From an uncultured Gammaproteobacteria bacterium (lineage in GTDB: Bacteria > Patescibacteriota > Microgenomatia > UBA12405): a stretch of DNA of 64,000 bases. The notes under the pieces were generated by a model. The model saw only the letters and a program-made list of their open reading frames with translations. It was not told where the DNA came from and made no database searches. The position numbers were made by a program, and so were the translations under genes. The stretch is from positions 4,720-68,719 of the forward strand of contig CAZIZX010000005.1 of NCBI GenBank assembly GCA_964544275.1, written 5' to 3'. Each line of letters begins with the position of its first letter. The first letter of the stretch is position 1. Shown piece by piece: positions 27,962-37,795 of the stretch.

Positions 27962-28876
27962 TTAAAAAAGTGAGTCTTGTTTTAAATTACTGGGTTTTTC
28001 AAAAATCTCAAGATTGGCTTTTTTGAGGCGAGAGAGGAGAGATTTGAAATTGTAGGTCTGAAAAACTTTTTCTAAACCTAAAACTTGATCTGGGGTAAAC
28101 TTGAACTTCTTGAGACTAAAATCCAGAGGAATGTTGTCGATAAGAGTGGCCAGTTTCTGGGAAAGGTAGGCGTCGTTTTTGTTTTTTTCAAGTTTTTCTT
28201 TGATGGAAGGTTTGATTTGGTCAAGATGTTGATAAATATTATCTAAATTAGAATATTGATTGAGCAAATCAGTGGCAACTTTGGGGCCGATACCAGCAAC
28301 GCCGGGATAATTATCAGACATGTCCCCCATCAAGGCTTTAAGGTCGACTACCTGATCAGGGTCAACACCCAATTTTTCCCGGACAACCGAGCGGTCAATA
28401 ATTTGGGTGTGGGACAGACCACGAAGCGGCATAAGCAACTGAGTTTTGTCGTCAACAAGCTGCATTAAATCCTTATCGCCGGTAATAATGGTAATGTTGT
28501 CAATGTTTTTTTTGGAAAGGGATTTGCGATTAATGGTAGCAATTAAATCATCGGCTTCAAATCCGCCAATGGCAAAATTAGAGAGAGACGCATCTTGAAG
28601 AGTAGATTGGAGCAAGGGAAGCTGGGAAACCAGTTCCCGGTCAGGAACTTTTCTTTTGGACCGATAACCAATAAACTCCTGGCTGCGAAAGGTGGGACCG
28701 GGCGAATCCAGACAAACAACAAGATATTTGGGGTTGAGGTTGTCTAGGGCAGAAAGAAGCATGGAATAAAACCCATAAATGGCGTTGACCGGCTGGCCGT
28801 TTGAGGTGAGCGGGGGCATTGAATAATATGCCCGGTGAATAATGGCATGGCCGTCAATGATCAGTAATTTAGACAT
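27962..28876 (-). CDS. Stand-alone 5'-3' exonuclease (Pol I N-terminal/FEN-like)
   Basis: MSKLLIIDGHAIIHRAYY PIN-like N-terminus and H3TH region GIGPKVA. Confidence 0.8.
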   Translation of the reverse strand: MSKLLIIDGHAIIHRAYYSMPPLTSNGQPVNAIYGFYSMLLSALDNLNPKYLVVCLDSPGPTFRSQEFIGYRSKRKVPDRELVSQLPLLQSTLQDASLSNFAIGGFEADDLIATINRKSLSKKNIDNITIITGDKDLMQLVDDKTQLLMPLRGLSHTQIIDRSVVREKLGVDPDQVVDLKALMGDMSDNYPGVAGIGPKVATDLLNQYSNLDNIYQHLDQIKPSIKEKLEKNKNDAYLSQKLATLIDNIPLDFSLKKFKFTPDQVLGLEKVFQTYNFKSLLSRLKKANLEIFEKPSNLKQDSLF

Positions 28877-28938
28877 AGCCTATTATATTAGAAATTTGAC
28901 AGTTAAAAAAACCTTGTTTCTATTGATAAAATTAGTAG

Positions 28939-29847
28939 ATGGAACAACATCCGATACCTCAGCAGATTTCGTCCTACGAATTCAAGCTGGTGGGAGAAAT
29001 GACTTTAAAACAATTTGTGAAAGCGGCAGCAGGAGTGATTATTGCCTTGTTGATAAATGCCAGTGGAATCATCTTTTTTATAAAGTGGCCATTAATGTTA
29101 TTTTTTGGAGGAGGCGGACTATTGTTGGCGTTTGTCCCCTATGAGGATAGACCGCTGGAGACTTGGGTGATGGCGTTTGTCAGGTCGATATACTCACCAA
29201 CAATTTTCGTTTATAGAAAGAAAAAAACGATTAAGATAACCCCAGTTGAAGTCAAGAAGGAAGAGGAAAAGAAGGAGGTGGTTGAAGAAGAGAGCACAAA
29301 AGTTAAAAAGGACGAAAAGAAAGTAAGAGAGTTTATTTCGTCGTTACCTTCGGTAAAAAGAGAAGAAAAGAAAGAGGAAAAGGAAGAGGTGGTACTAATT
29401 AAAAAGGACGTGATTATAAAAGATGTAAATCCCGAAATTCAAGTTGATAAAAAAGCGACAGAGGCAAATGCCAGCAGTAACAAAGAAGAATGGAGAGATC
29501 AAAAAAGTGATTTAAATTTGCAAAGGAGAAGATTAGAAGCTACGGGCGAAACGTCTTTTGGAACTATCCCAATGCCAGACATTCCAGAAGTTGCCAACGT
29601 ATTAGTGGGAATGGCAACCGATGTTGACGGCAAGATAATTGATGGAGCGATAGTCGAAATTCAAGATGATGTGGGCAATCCAAGCCGAGTATTAAAAACG
29701 AATTCTTTGGGGCAATTTAGAACTTCAACTCCAATGGCAAACGGGAAATACTTAATTATAACGGAAAAAGAAGGTTATGATTTTCATCGAATAAGTGTCG
29801 AATTAAAGGGAGAAATAGTTCAACCAATAAAAATTATCAGCAAATAA
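28939..29847 (+). CDS. PrgI-family-like T4SS membrane protein with K/E-rich linker and C-terminal CarboxypepD_reg-like beta-sandwich
   Basis: N-terminal ~100 aa: EFKLVGEMTLKQF then two TM helices (AAAGVIIALLINASGIIFF, LMLFFGGGGLLLAFVPY), as in PrgI proteins that precede VirB4 in Gram-positive T4SS. 302 aa is longer than the typical ~120 aa. Confidence 0.55.
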   Translation: MEQHPIPQQISSYEFKLVGEMTLKQFVKAAAGVIIALLINASGIIFFIKWPLMLFFGGGGLLLAFVPYEDRPLETWVMAFVRSIYSPTIFVYRKKKTIKITPVEVKKEEEKKEVVEEESTKVKKDEKKVREFISSLPSVKREEKKEEKEEVVLIKKDVIIKDVNPEIQVDKKATEANASSNKEEWRDQKSDLNLQRRRLEATGETSFGTIPMPDIPEVANVLVGMATDVDGKIIDGAIVEIQDDVGNPSRVLKTNSLGQFRTSTPMANGKYLIITEKEGYDFHRISVELKGEIVQPIKIISK

Positions 29848-29879
29848 TCTTGGGATAAATTTAGGTTATCATATAACAT

Positions 29880-30587
29880 ATGCCAAGTGATCCTTTAAAA
29901 ATTGCCATAAAAGGAAGTACTCAAGAACATTTGCCAATCGAGGATGTGGTAGATGGTATTGTGGTGCTGAAAGACGGATCGTGCTCGATGGTTTTGCAAT
30001 TGTCGTCGGTGAACTTTGATTTGTTGTCGGAACGGGAACAATCAGCTTTGGTGTTTGCTTATGGCGGTATTTTGAATTCACTCAATTTCATGGTGCAGAT
30101 TATTATTCATTCAAACAGTAAAGATATTAGTGTATATTTAAAAAATTTAGCGGCAGCCCAGGAAAAACAAGAAAATCCGCAGTTAAAGGAACGAGTGGTG
30201 GCGTATCGTAAGTTCGTGGAGGAAACCGTAAAAAGAAACGATGTTCTGTCAAAGTCATTTTATGTGGCGATACCATTTTCTATAATGGAACTGGGAATCA
30301 GCAGCGCTAAAGGTCAAATATTTAATTCCCTACCCTTGCCCGGAAAAAGTAGCGGAGAGTTGCCATTTTCCAAAGAATATATTTTAGAAAAAGCTAAAGC
30401 TAGTTTGGAACCGAAAAAGGATCATTTGGTAAGATTATTTTCACGCTTGGGGCTGGACATAAAACCACTAGGGACAAAGGAGTTGATTGAGCTTTTTTAT
30501 AAAATATACAATGAAAGTACGGCGGTGAATCAAAAAATTCAAACGTTAAATTATAACGCACCAGTGGTAACAAGTACTGAAAAATAA
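29880..30587 (+). CDS. Hypothetical T4SS-associated protein (between PrgI-like and VirB4)
   Basis: Tightly packed in the operon; the N-terminal ~80 aa resemble the N-terminal region of the adjacent VirB4 only loosely. Confidence 0.4.
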   Translation: MPSDPLKIAIKGSTQEHLPIEDVVDGIVVLKDGSCSMVLQLSSVNFDLLSEREQSALVFAYGGILNSLNFMVQIIIHSNSKDISVYLKNLAAAQEKQENPQLKERVVAYRKFVEETVKRNDVLSKSFYVAIPFSIMELGISSAKGQIFNSLPLPGKSSGELPFSKEYILEKAKASLEPKKDHLVRLFSRLGLDIKPLGTKELIELFYKIYNESTAVNQKIQTLNYNAPVVTSTEK

Positions 30588-30590
30588 AAA

Positions 30591-32999
30591 ATGGATTTTT
30601 TAAAAAAAATAATAAAGAAGGAAGAGAAGGCCGATATGCCGAAAGCTAGTGCTTCGGTGACGGCGAATAATAATGGAAGCAAGCCTTTTGAGGAAGGTTT
30701 GGTGTCGACAAAGGATATTATTGCACCATCAGCCATAGAGGTTGATTTTAACCACATAAGGATTGATGATAAATACTATCGGACATTGTTTGTGGCCGGG
30801 TATCCAAGATTTGTGGGAATAAACTGGTTGTCACCGCTAATTAACTTTGATGCTTCACTAAATGTGTCAATGTTTATTTACCCGACGGATGGGAAAGAAA
30901 TTTTGGATGATTTGAGAAGAAAAATTACGGAAATGGAGGCAGAGCTGAGTACAGATATTCAAAGAGGACGGATCGTGAATCCGGCTACTCAGGCTAAATT
31001 AGAAGATGCTTTGTCTTTGCAAGCAGACCTAGTCAAAGGGGAGGAGCGGTTTTTTCAATTCGGACTTTACATCACTATATCGGCGGAATCGGTGGAAGAG
31101 TTAGACCGGATAAATAAAAACATCGAAGCGTCTTTGGGAGCATTATTAATTATCAGCAAGAAAGCAACTCTTCAAATGGAAGATGGATTTATGACCACTC
31201 TACCCATATGCAGCGACAAACTCAGCATCACTAGGAACATGGACACGACCTCACTGGCAACAACCTTCCCATTTGTGTCGTCTGACTTGTCCGATAACAA
31301 AGGGATAATGTACGGAATAAACCAACACAACGGGTCGTTGGTCATTTTCGACCGATTCAGCATGCCGAATTATAATTCGGTAGTATTTGCTACGGCCGGT
31401 GCCGGTAAGTCCTACATGATTAAGCTGGAAGCAATCAGATCATTAATGTTTGATACAGACGTGATCGTGGTCGACCCTGAAAATGAATACAGAAGTTTGT
31501 GTGATGCGGCAGGCGGCCAGTACATTGCTTTTGGCTATAGTGAGAATTCTAAAATCAATCCATTTGATCTATCTTTGACAGTGGAAGAGGAAGGGGAAAA
31601 TTCGTTGAATTCCAAGATACTATCATTACATAAGTTGTTTAAGCTAATGGTGGGAGAAATGACGCCGATTGAGGAGTCAATTTTGGACCGGGCAATAATG
31701 GATGCTTATAAAATGAAGGGGATTACTCCAGATCCAGATACACAAAGTAAGGAATCTCCACTGATTGAGGATTTATATAAGTCGCTTATCGGAACAGAGA
31801 GCAAGGAAGCTCAGAGTTTGGCAGCCAGGTTAGAAAAATATATTAAGGGTTCTTTTGCGGGTATATTTAACCAAAAAACTACTGTAAATTTAAACAACCG
31901 GTTTGTGGTGTTTGGCATTAAAAACTTAGAAGAAAGTCTAAGACCAATTGCCATGCATATAATTCTGGACTACATCTGGACCACGGTTAAAAAAGAGCTT
32001 AAAAAGAGAATTATGATCGTGGATGAGGCCTGGTATTTGATGCAATATCCAGATTCGGCGGCGTTTTTGAGAGGGGTAGTTAAACGAGGTAGAAAATACT
32101 ACTTAGGAGTGACGACTATTACCCAGGATGTGGATGATTTTTTGGAAACACCGTATGGTAAGGAAATTGTGACCAACAGTTCAATACAGATATTGCTAAA
32201 GCAACACAGTGCGGCCATAGATAAAATTGGTGAGGTTTTTTATCTTTCTGAAGGTGAAAAACAATTATTGCTGACGGCGGACAAGGGAGAAGGTATTTTC
32301 TTTGCCGGGCAAAATCATGTGGCTATAAAAGTGATCGCTTCAGAAGATGAACACAAATTAATAACATCGAACCCAGAAGAGATATTGAAGATGAAGGCGG
32401 AGGGAAAGGTAGTAACAATGGAAAATAAAAACTTGCTTATTTCAAATCAAACACTGCCGATCAACCCAAGCAATATTCAAGTAGAAGAAGAGCCGGAGAA
32501 GGTTGTTTCTCCAGTAGTAGAAGTGAAGAATGAAATAAAACAAGCTGAGACAGGAAAAGGTGAGGAAAAGCCAATAGAAACAAAACCATTAATTGATAGT
32601 TCAAGTGCCCGGTTCAGAACAGAGGTGGTCGGAGGGGATGACGAAAATGAAGGATTGCTTCAAAGAAAAATTAATGAAATGGAAAAAGTTGAGCAGGATA
32701 AAATAGATGATTTTATCAGGCAAGAAGTAGAGGCAGTTAAAGATGAAGAAGAGGAAATACCCTTGAGAGAATCACAACCGACACCATCTTTTGAAGCGCC
32801 AAAGGTGGTAAAACTTGGAGGAGGAAATATCGGGAGTAAGCCAATTTTTGTCAGTCAAGAACCGAAAATACAACAACCCCCACAATTGAGTAATAAGCCT
32901 AAGCCGGATTTTGAAGAAAACAACCAAGATAAAAAGATAGATACCAATAAAGATGATAAAAACGATTATGACTCACTTTTCGGTGATGGAATTGTTTAA
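30591..32999 (+). CDS. virB4: VirB4/TraC/PrgJ-family type IV secretion ATPase with ~200-aa low-complexity C-terminal extension
   Basis: Walker A ATAGAGKSY, Walker B IMIVDEAWYLM. Overall 802 aa with CagE/TrbE/VirB4 domain order. E/K/P-rich tail from about aa 600. Confidence 0.85.
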   Translation: MDFLKKIIKKEEKADMPKASASVTANNNGSKPFEEGLVSTKDIIAPSAIEVDFNHIRIDDKYYRTLFVAGYPRFVGINWLSPLINFDASLNVSMFIYPTDGKEILDDLRRKITEMEAELSTDIQRGRIVNPATQAKLEDALSLQADLVKGEERFFQFGLYITISAESVEELDRINKNIEASLGALLIISKKATLQMEDGFMTTLPICSDKLSITRNMDTTSLATTFPFVSSDLSDNKGIMYGINQHNGSLVIFDRFSMPNYNSVVFATAGAGKSYMIKLEAIRSLMFDTDVIVVDPENEYRSLCDAAGGQYIAFGYSENSKINPFDLSLTVEEEGENSLNSKILSLHKLFKLMVGEMTPIEESILDRAIMDAYKMKGITPDPDTQSKESPLIEDLYKSLIGTESKEAQSLAARLEKYIKGSFAGIFNQKTTVNLNNRFVVFGIKNLEESLRPIAMHIILDYIWTTVKKELKKRIMIVDEAWYLMQYPDSAAFLRGVVKRGRKYYLGVTTITQDVDDFLETPYGKEIVTNSSIQILLKQHSAAIDKIGEVFYLSEGEKQLLLTADKGEGIFFAGQNHVAIKVIASEDEHKLITSNPEEILKMKAEGKVVTMENKNLLISNQTLPINPSNIQVEEEPEKVVSPVVEVKNEIKQAETGKGEEKPIETKPLIDSSSARFRTEVVGGDDENEGLLQRKINEMEKVEQDKIDDFIRQEVEAVKDEEEEIPLRESQPTPSFEAPKVVKLGGGNIGSKPIFVSQEPKIQQPPQLSNKPKPDFEENNQDKKIDTNKDDKNDYDSLFGDGIV

Positions 33000-33022
33000 A
33001 ACAAGGTAAGGGTTGCTATAAT

Positions 33023-35833
33023 TTGGTATCGATGAGCGGATTTAATGTTGCCAACATATCTTCTGTGGAAAATTGCCAATCACTGGCTCTGTGTTTAAGG
33101 GAACTAGATAAAACTTCTAATGTTAGACAAAATCTATATCTAGAAAATATTTTAGAAAGGGTATTTAGGGCTGGAGGATTTAGAGTAGATGTAAGAAAAG
33201 AATCGCTGACGGGAGTGGCCAAGGCTTTGGAGAGTCTGAGTCCGGATCAGGTCGAGAGGGTCAACAGGGTGCTTTTGGAAGAAATGGGGGCGATTGACGA
33301 AGCAACCGAAAAGGATTTGCAAAATGCAGTGGTACCAACCGCCCAACTGGAACAATTACTGAAAGAATATGAAGAACACCTGAAAAATGGTATGAGTCCA
33401 GGTGAAGCATTGGAGAAAATCACCGAAGCAAACAAGGGTATTGTGGCCAGATCTCAAATAGAGGATTTAATTAGAAGACAAAGCGAAGCTTATCAAAAAA
33501 TTGTTGATGATCTGAGGGAAGTTTCAGCAGAAAGCTTGGGAGAGGAAACCATAAAAGAATTAGCTAAAAAGACGGCAACAGAGGTGGCAGTGAGTAGTAA
33601 AGAGCTGGAGATCGAAATTAAGGCTGCCGGGCAGAGTGTTCCGTCGATAGTGGTTGAAAAATTAGCAGAGGAATTAAAAGAGGTGGGTGTACAGAGAATA
33701 CTGGAAAACAATATTTCGCGAGACGGTTTTGACAAAAAGGTGGAGAAGGCAGTTGAGGAAGTGAGTCAGGACTTAACCAAGCAAATAATAAAGCAATATG
33801 CAGAAGGAGCAAAAACAAGAATTGAGCTTCAGGTGGATATAAGAAAAAGAGCTTTTGAGATAACTGATAATTTATTGGCTGAGCTTCAATCTAGTGATCC
33901 GATACTGGCTGGGTTGGTGGAGAAAGCCGGGGTTGGTGTCAGGATGGAACTGGCCGACAGGATAAATCAGGAAATTATTCTGGGGCTAAGTGTTCCCGGA
34001 CAATTAGAGGAGAGGGTTGTATCTGAGATAAGCAGAGGCACTCCGTCCTTGGGAGAAGAACAGGTCGAAAGAGTTGAAATGGCAGTAAAGTCGATAAGAG
34101 TACAGGTAACAAGCTGGACTGAAAACAATAAAATTGAATTAACTAAACCACAGGGAGATTGGTTTGAAAGAAATATCGTTGATTCGTTTGTGGGAGAAAA
34201 TGGTCAGTTGCAAATAAACGAGTGGCGGGACGTAAGGCAATACGCAAAATTGGTAAGACAGATATATTACCCTTCGGACGGAAACCAGGTAGATGCATAC
34301 AAAAATGAGTCAATGGAACTTGCCAGAAGCAGGAATCAAAGTCCAGGAAAAATAGATAATGCATGGAACGATTTGAGAGGATTAACGGCGATGTTGCGGA
34401 TGAAACCGGCAGAACTAAATAATTTTATTAATAATTACAGGAATGCTCAGGAAAAATTGAAAGGTTTGAACCTACCGTTCAAAGTAGGTGAGTGCCGGGC
34501 CTTGGACGGTTTAATTAAAGCCATTGAAAGCAGTCCACAAACAAGAAATTTTTTGATTTATGCTCAGAAATACATTGCTCTGAACAATTCAATAAACAAG
34601 ATTGGAGCGACGATACTAACAAAAATTGGAGCTAAAGAAGTAGCGTTAAAAATGGTAGGGAAGCTGGGCGGGCAAGCGATGGTGGAATTTACCAAAAATG
34701 CTTTGGTGGTGTTTGCTGAACACGGGACAACAACTGGATTGAAGTTGATATTAAAAGGAATTGTGACAGGAGGAGTGAAGGCGGGGGCAGCAGGAGCCGG
34801 GGCTGGAGCGGGAGCAAGTGGAGGTGTGGCGGCAGCAGTAGCAGCTTTCCAAGCATTACCGGTGGTGGGACAAGTAATATTGTTGGTGGTTGGGGCAGTT
34901 GTTTTGATTAAGTCAGTGGTGGCTCCGTTGGTAAAAAAGATTAAGAAGGTGTTGGGATCGTTGAACTTGGAGTTGGGAATGACTAAATTTTTCAAGGAGA
35001 ATTTTGGTAATTTTGTAGGCGGAATATTAAATGGAGCCGTAAAAGTGGGAATGGTAGTGGTTGGCATGCCTGCTTTGATAATAGGCACAACGATGACTGC
35101 TTTTTTAACTCCAGTTTTAATAATTTTTTTTGCAGTATTCGTATTATATCAGTTCATTTTTTTGCCTAATTTGATTTCGAGTATAGTTCCACCAAGGTAC
35201 GCCGGGTCGGGGGCAGGGGAAGAAATCGGTGATGGTGGTTTTACCCCTTCTGAACCAATATATTCTGAGGATTGTGATAGTAGTCCGGCTTGCGCAATTA
35301 TTGAACATATACTGCATGATTTGGGTTACCAAAGAGCTGTTGGGCGAGATACAAGAGAACACAAGAAAAATGTTGATGAGATTGCAAGTAAGTTAAGAAA
35401 TTGGGACAGGACTTTTCCTGATTTTCCCAGTTTTAATTTGAATAGGTTTGTTGAAATTATGATAAGTAATTCAACGAATAACACCAGTGGTAGACCTTAT
35501 TTTCAATGTTTAGGGTTTTCTCTGGCGGCGGACTTAAATTTACCAAGAGGCAGGGAAATTAGTCATTATATGGCAGGTAATCATCCTGGTTGTATTTCAG
35601 TTGACCCAAAAAATGCTGGGGTTGGTGATCATATAATGTATATGGGACCTCATATTATGATCTTGTCAGTACTAAATAGTCCTGATGAATACGGAAAAAA
35701 AAGTGGTGTAATATCGGATGTAAACTATGATTACGAAGGAGCATTTAGGAATCGTTATTTTCCAGACTTCGATGAGTTTTTTAATAGTTTAAAAAGTAAT
35801 AAAGGGGCAGTTAAGATATTAAGATGCAAATAA
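33023..35833 (+). CDS. Large membrane protein: coiled-coil N-terminal half, Gly/Ala-rich TM cluster, C-terminal CHAP/NlpC-P60-like cysteine peptidase (cell-wall hydrolase) domain
   Basis: GAAGAGAGAGASGGVAAAVAAF and several TM helices (aa ~520-720). C-terminal YFQCLGFS (Cys) ... GDHIMYMGPHIMIL (His) is a papain-fold amidase pattern. Position after VirB4 resembles the PrgK/VirB1 role. Confidence 0.5.
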   Translation: MVSMSGFNVANISSVENCQSLALCLRELDKTSNVRQNLYLENILERVFRAGGFRVDVRKESLTGVAKALESLSPDQVERVNRVLLEEMGAIDEATEKDLQNAVVPTAQLEQLLKEYEEHLKNGMSPGEALEKITEANKGIVARSQIEDLIRRQSEAYQKIVDDLREVSAESLGEETIKELAKKTATEVAVSSKELEIEIKAAGQSVPSIVVEKLAEELKEVGVQRILENNISRDGFDKKVEKAVEEVSQDLTKQIIKQYAEGAKTRIELQVDIRKRAFEITDNLLAELQSSDPILAGLVEKAGVGVRMELADRINQEIILGLSVPGQLEERVVSEISRGTPSLGEEQVERVEMAVKSIRVQVTSWTENNKIELTKPQGDWFERNIVDSFVGENGQLQINEWRDVRQYAKLVRQIYYPSDGNQVDAYKNESMELARSRNQSPGKIDNAWNDLRGLTAMLRMKPAELNNFINNYRNAQEKLKGLNLPFKVGECRALDGLIKAIESSPQTRNFLIYAQKYIALNNSINKIGATILTKIGAKEVALKMVGKLGGQAMVEFTKNALVVFAEHGTTTGLKLILKGIVTGGVKAGAAGAGAGAGASGGVAAAVAAFQALPVVGQVILLVVGAVVLIKSVVAPLVKKIKKVLGSLNLELGMTKFFKENFGNFVGGILNGAVKVGMVVVGMPALIIGTTMTAFLTPVLIIFFAVFVLYQFIFLPNLISSIVPPRYAGSGAGEEIGDGGFTPSEPIYSEDCDSSPACAIIEHILHDLGYQRAVGRDTREHKKNVDEIASKLRNWDRTFPDFPSFNLNRFVEIMISNSTNNTSGRPYFQCLGFSLAADLNLPRGREISHYMAGNHPGCISVDPKNAGVGDHIMYMGPHIMILSVLNSPDEYGKKSGVISDVNYDYEGAFRNRYFPDFDEFFNSLKSNKGAVKILRCK

Positions 35834-36228
35834 GATTAATTAATAAAAAAATCTTATATATCGGGTTAGCTTTAGTATTCTTGCTAATCCTTCCTTGGGG
35901 AGGAGGCGGAAGTAAAGTAGAAAAAGACGAGACGGAATTGGGAGGTGGAGAGGTAATAATTGATCCAAATGATTATTCTGGATTCGGACCAACAGAAGAA
36001 GAGGCCTTAGAATTAATTGATGAATTCGAGTCGAACAAAAATGATTATCCTCTGTGGAATAAACTACCTTATGAAGGAAGAGGGTATAAAATAAGCAAAT
36101 ATTCAAAACCGCTGACGGTGGTGGTTTATCCGATAGGGTTAGATAAAGAAGTGGTAGAGAGGGAGGTAAGGCAATGGATTAAAGATAATGGCGGGGATGA
36201 GGTAAGGCATCAAATAGAATGGCGGTAA
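35824..36228 (+). CDS. Small secreted/membrane-anchored protein, paralog A
   Basis: N-terminal TM/signal; shares DYPLW..LPY.G.GY...Y...L.VV....DKE.VE..V..WIK.NG.D...H.IEW with the next gene. Confidence 0.5.
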   Translation: MQIRLINKKILYIGLALVFLLILPWGGGGSKVEKDETELGGGEVIIDPNDYSGFGPTEEEALELIDEFESNKNDYPLWNKLPYEGRGYKISKYSKPLTVVVYPIGLDKEVVEREVRQWIKDNGGDEVRHQIEWR

Positions 36229-36272
36229 TATATTTAATTTGAATTTTTAAATTAAATCCCTAGAATTAGATA

Positions 36273-36680
36273 ATGAATGGGAGTTTTATGAAAAGGTACT
36301 TTTTGATAATAGTGTTGACCTTTGTAGCTACTGGAATGGTGGTGACTAGACTTAAATACCAAGAAGATGGTTTTGAAAGAGAAGTTATTGAGACTAAAAA
36401 CTTAAATACAGAAATTGAGAGTGAACCAGACTTGATAATTACTCCGACTGAGGCGGTTGAGTCGGAAGACGAAGTGTTTGAACTTGACCCCGATTATCCT
36501 TTATGGAGATCTTTGCCTTATTACGGTAAAGGTTATATTGTAGATAGATATGTTGAAAGTTTAAAATTGGTAGTAAAAATTAAAGGTATTGATAAAGAAA
36601 TAGTGGAAGAGGACGTTTATGAATGGATTAAAGAAAATGGAGTTGATCCAGAGAGTCACACAATCGAATGGGAGGATTAA
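36273..36680 (+). CDS. Small secreted/membrane-anchored protein, paralog B
   Basis: Same conserved C-terminal motif as paralog A. Its stop overlaps the dnaN stop on the opposite strand. Confidence 0.5.
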   Translation: MNGSFMKRYFLIIVLTFVATGMVVTRLKYQEDGFEREVIETKNLNTEIESEPDLIITPTEAVESEDEVFELDPDYPLWRSLPYYGKGYIVDRYVESLKLVVKIKGIDKEIVEEDVYEWIKENGVDPESHTIEWED

Positions 36681-37795
36681 TCCTGAAGACGGACCGGCAT
36701 GATGATATGGGTAAATTGAGGGTCGGACTGATCACGGAAGAGAGCTGGGGAAAGAGATTCATTCAGTTCAATGACAAGTTCATCACCTTTGCAGACAGAA
36801 AGGAAGTCGGAAACAAATTTGTAGTTGAAAGCAATGTCTAAATTACCACCTTCAACCTTAGCTTCGACAGTGGTTTTGTTTTGACCAATTTGAGGGGCAT
36901 TGGCTGAAACTTCAACGTGAGAACCGGAAACGCCAAAGCGAATGATATTGGCAGACTCGCGAGCAAAAACGGAGGCAATTCTGACAGCTTGAGATAATTC
37001 TTCTTTGTTTAAGGTGAGTCTGGTATTAAAGGAGGAAGGTATTATTCGCTGATAATCAGGAAACTCACCTTCCACCAGACGAGAGGCAAGCTCTAGGCCG
37101 TCTAGGACGAAAATTAATTGATGTTCGTCTACTGATAGACCTAAAGTAAGCTTTTTGTCGTTTCTGGAGAGTTTAGTGATTTCAGAGAGGCTTTTGCCGG
37201 GGATCAAAAGGGTGAGATTGTCGGAGGGTAGAGAAATTGGATTAACTAATTTTATTTCTTTGAGAGAAAGTCGAAAGCCATCAGTAGCAGCTAAAGTCAG
37301 CTGATTGCTGGTAAAACGACAAAGAACAGCGGTTAAGACAGGGCGAGTATCATCGGTGGCGGCAGAAAAAACGATTTGACTGACTGACTCCCGAAGTATT
37401 GACATATCCAGATCGATGGACTGGTTAGCATCAAGAGAAGGGGTTAGTGGAAAATCACCGGGAGGAGTAATGGTAAAAGTGGATTGAGCTTTGGGAGAAG
37501 AGACAGTTAACAGATTACTGGTGTTAACTTCGAGATCAAGACGGCCGGGTGGTAGGTAAGAGACAAACTCGGTAATTTCTTTGGCCGGAATAGTCAAACT
37601 TCCCTCAGAATCAATCTTGGCACCAATCCAACAGCTGATACCTAATTCCAAGTTGGTAGCCGATAATTTTAGTTGGCCGTTGTTGGTAGAAAGAAAAATA
37701 TTACTCAAAATTGGAAGTTGGGATCGGGTTGAAACAAAGCGAGAAACATTACTTAAAGCAGTGGAAAAGTTTTCCTGTAGAAGGGAGAGTTTCAT
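36677..37795 (-). CDS. dnaN: DNA polymerase III beta sliding clamp
   Basis: MKLSLLQENFSTALSNVSRFVS..., 372 aa, three-domain clamp pattern. Confidence 0.9.
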   Translation of the reverse strand: MKLSLLQENFSTALSNVSRFVSTRSQLPILSNIFLSTNNGQLKLSATNLELGISCWIGAKIDSEGSLTIPAKEITEFVSYLPPGRLDLEVNTSNLLTVSSPKAQSTFTITPPGDFPLTPSLDANQSIDLDMSILRESVSQIVFSAATDDTRPVLTAVLCRFTSNQLTLAATDGFRLSLKEIKLVNPISLPSDNLTLLIPGKSLSEITKLSRNDKKLTLGLSVDEHQLIFVLDGLELASRLVEGEFPDYQRIIPSSFNTRLTLNKEELSQAVRIASVFARESANIIRFGVSGSHVEVSANAPQIGQNKTTVEAKVEGGNLDIAFNYKFVSDFLSVCKGDELVIELNESLSPALFRDQSDPQFTHIIMPVRLQD

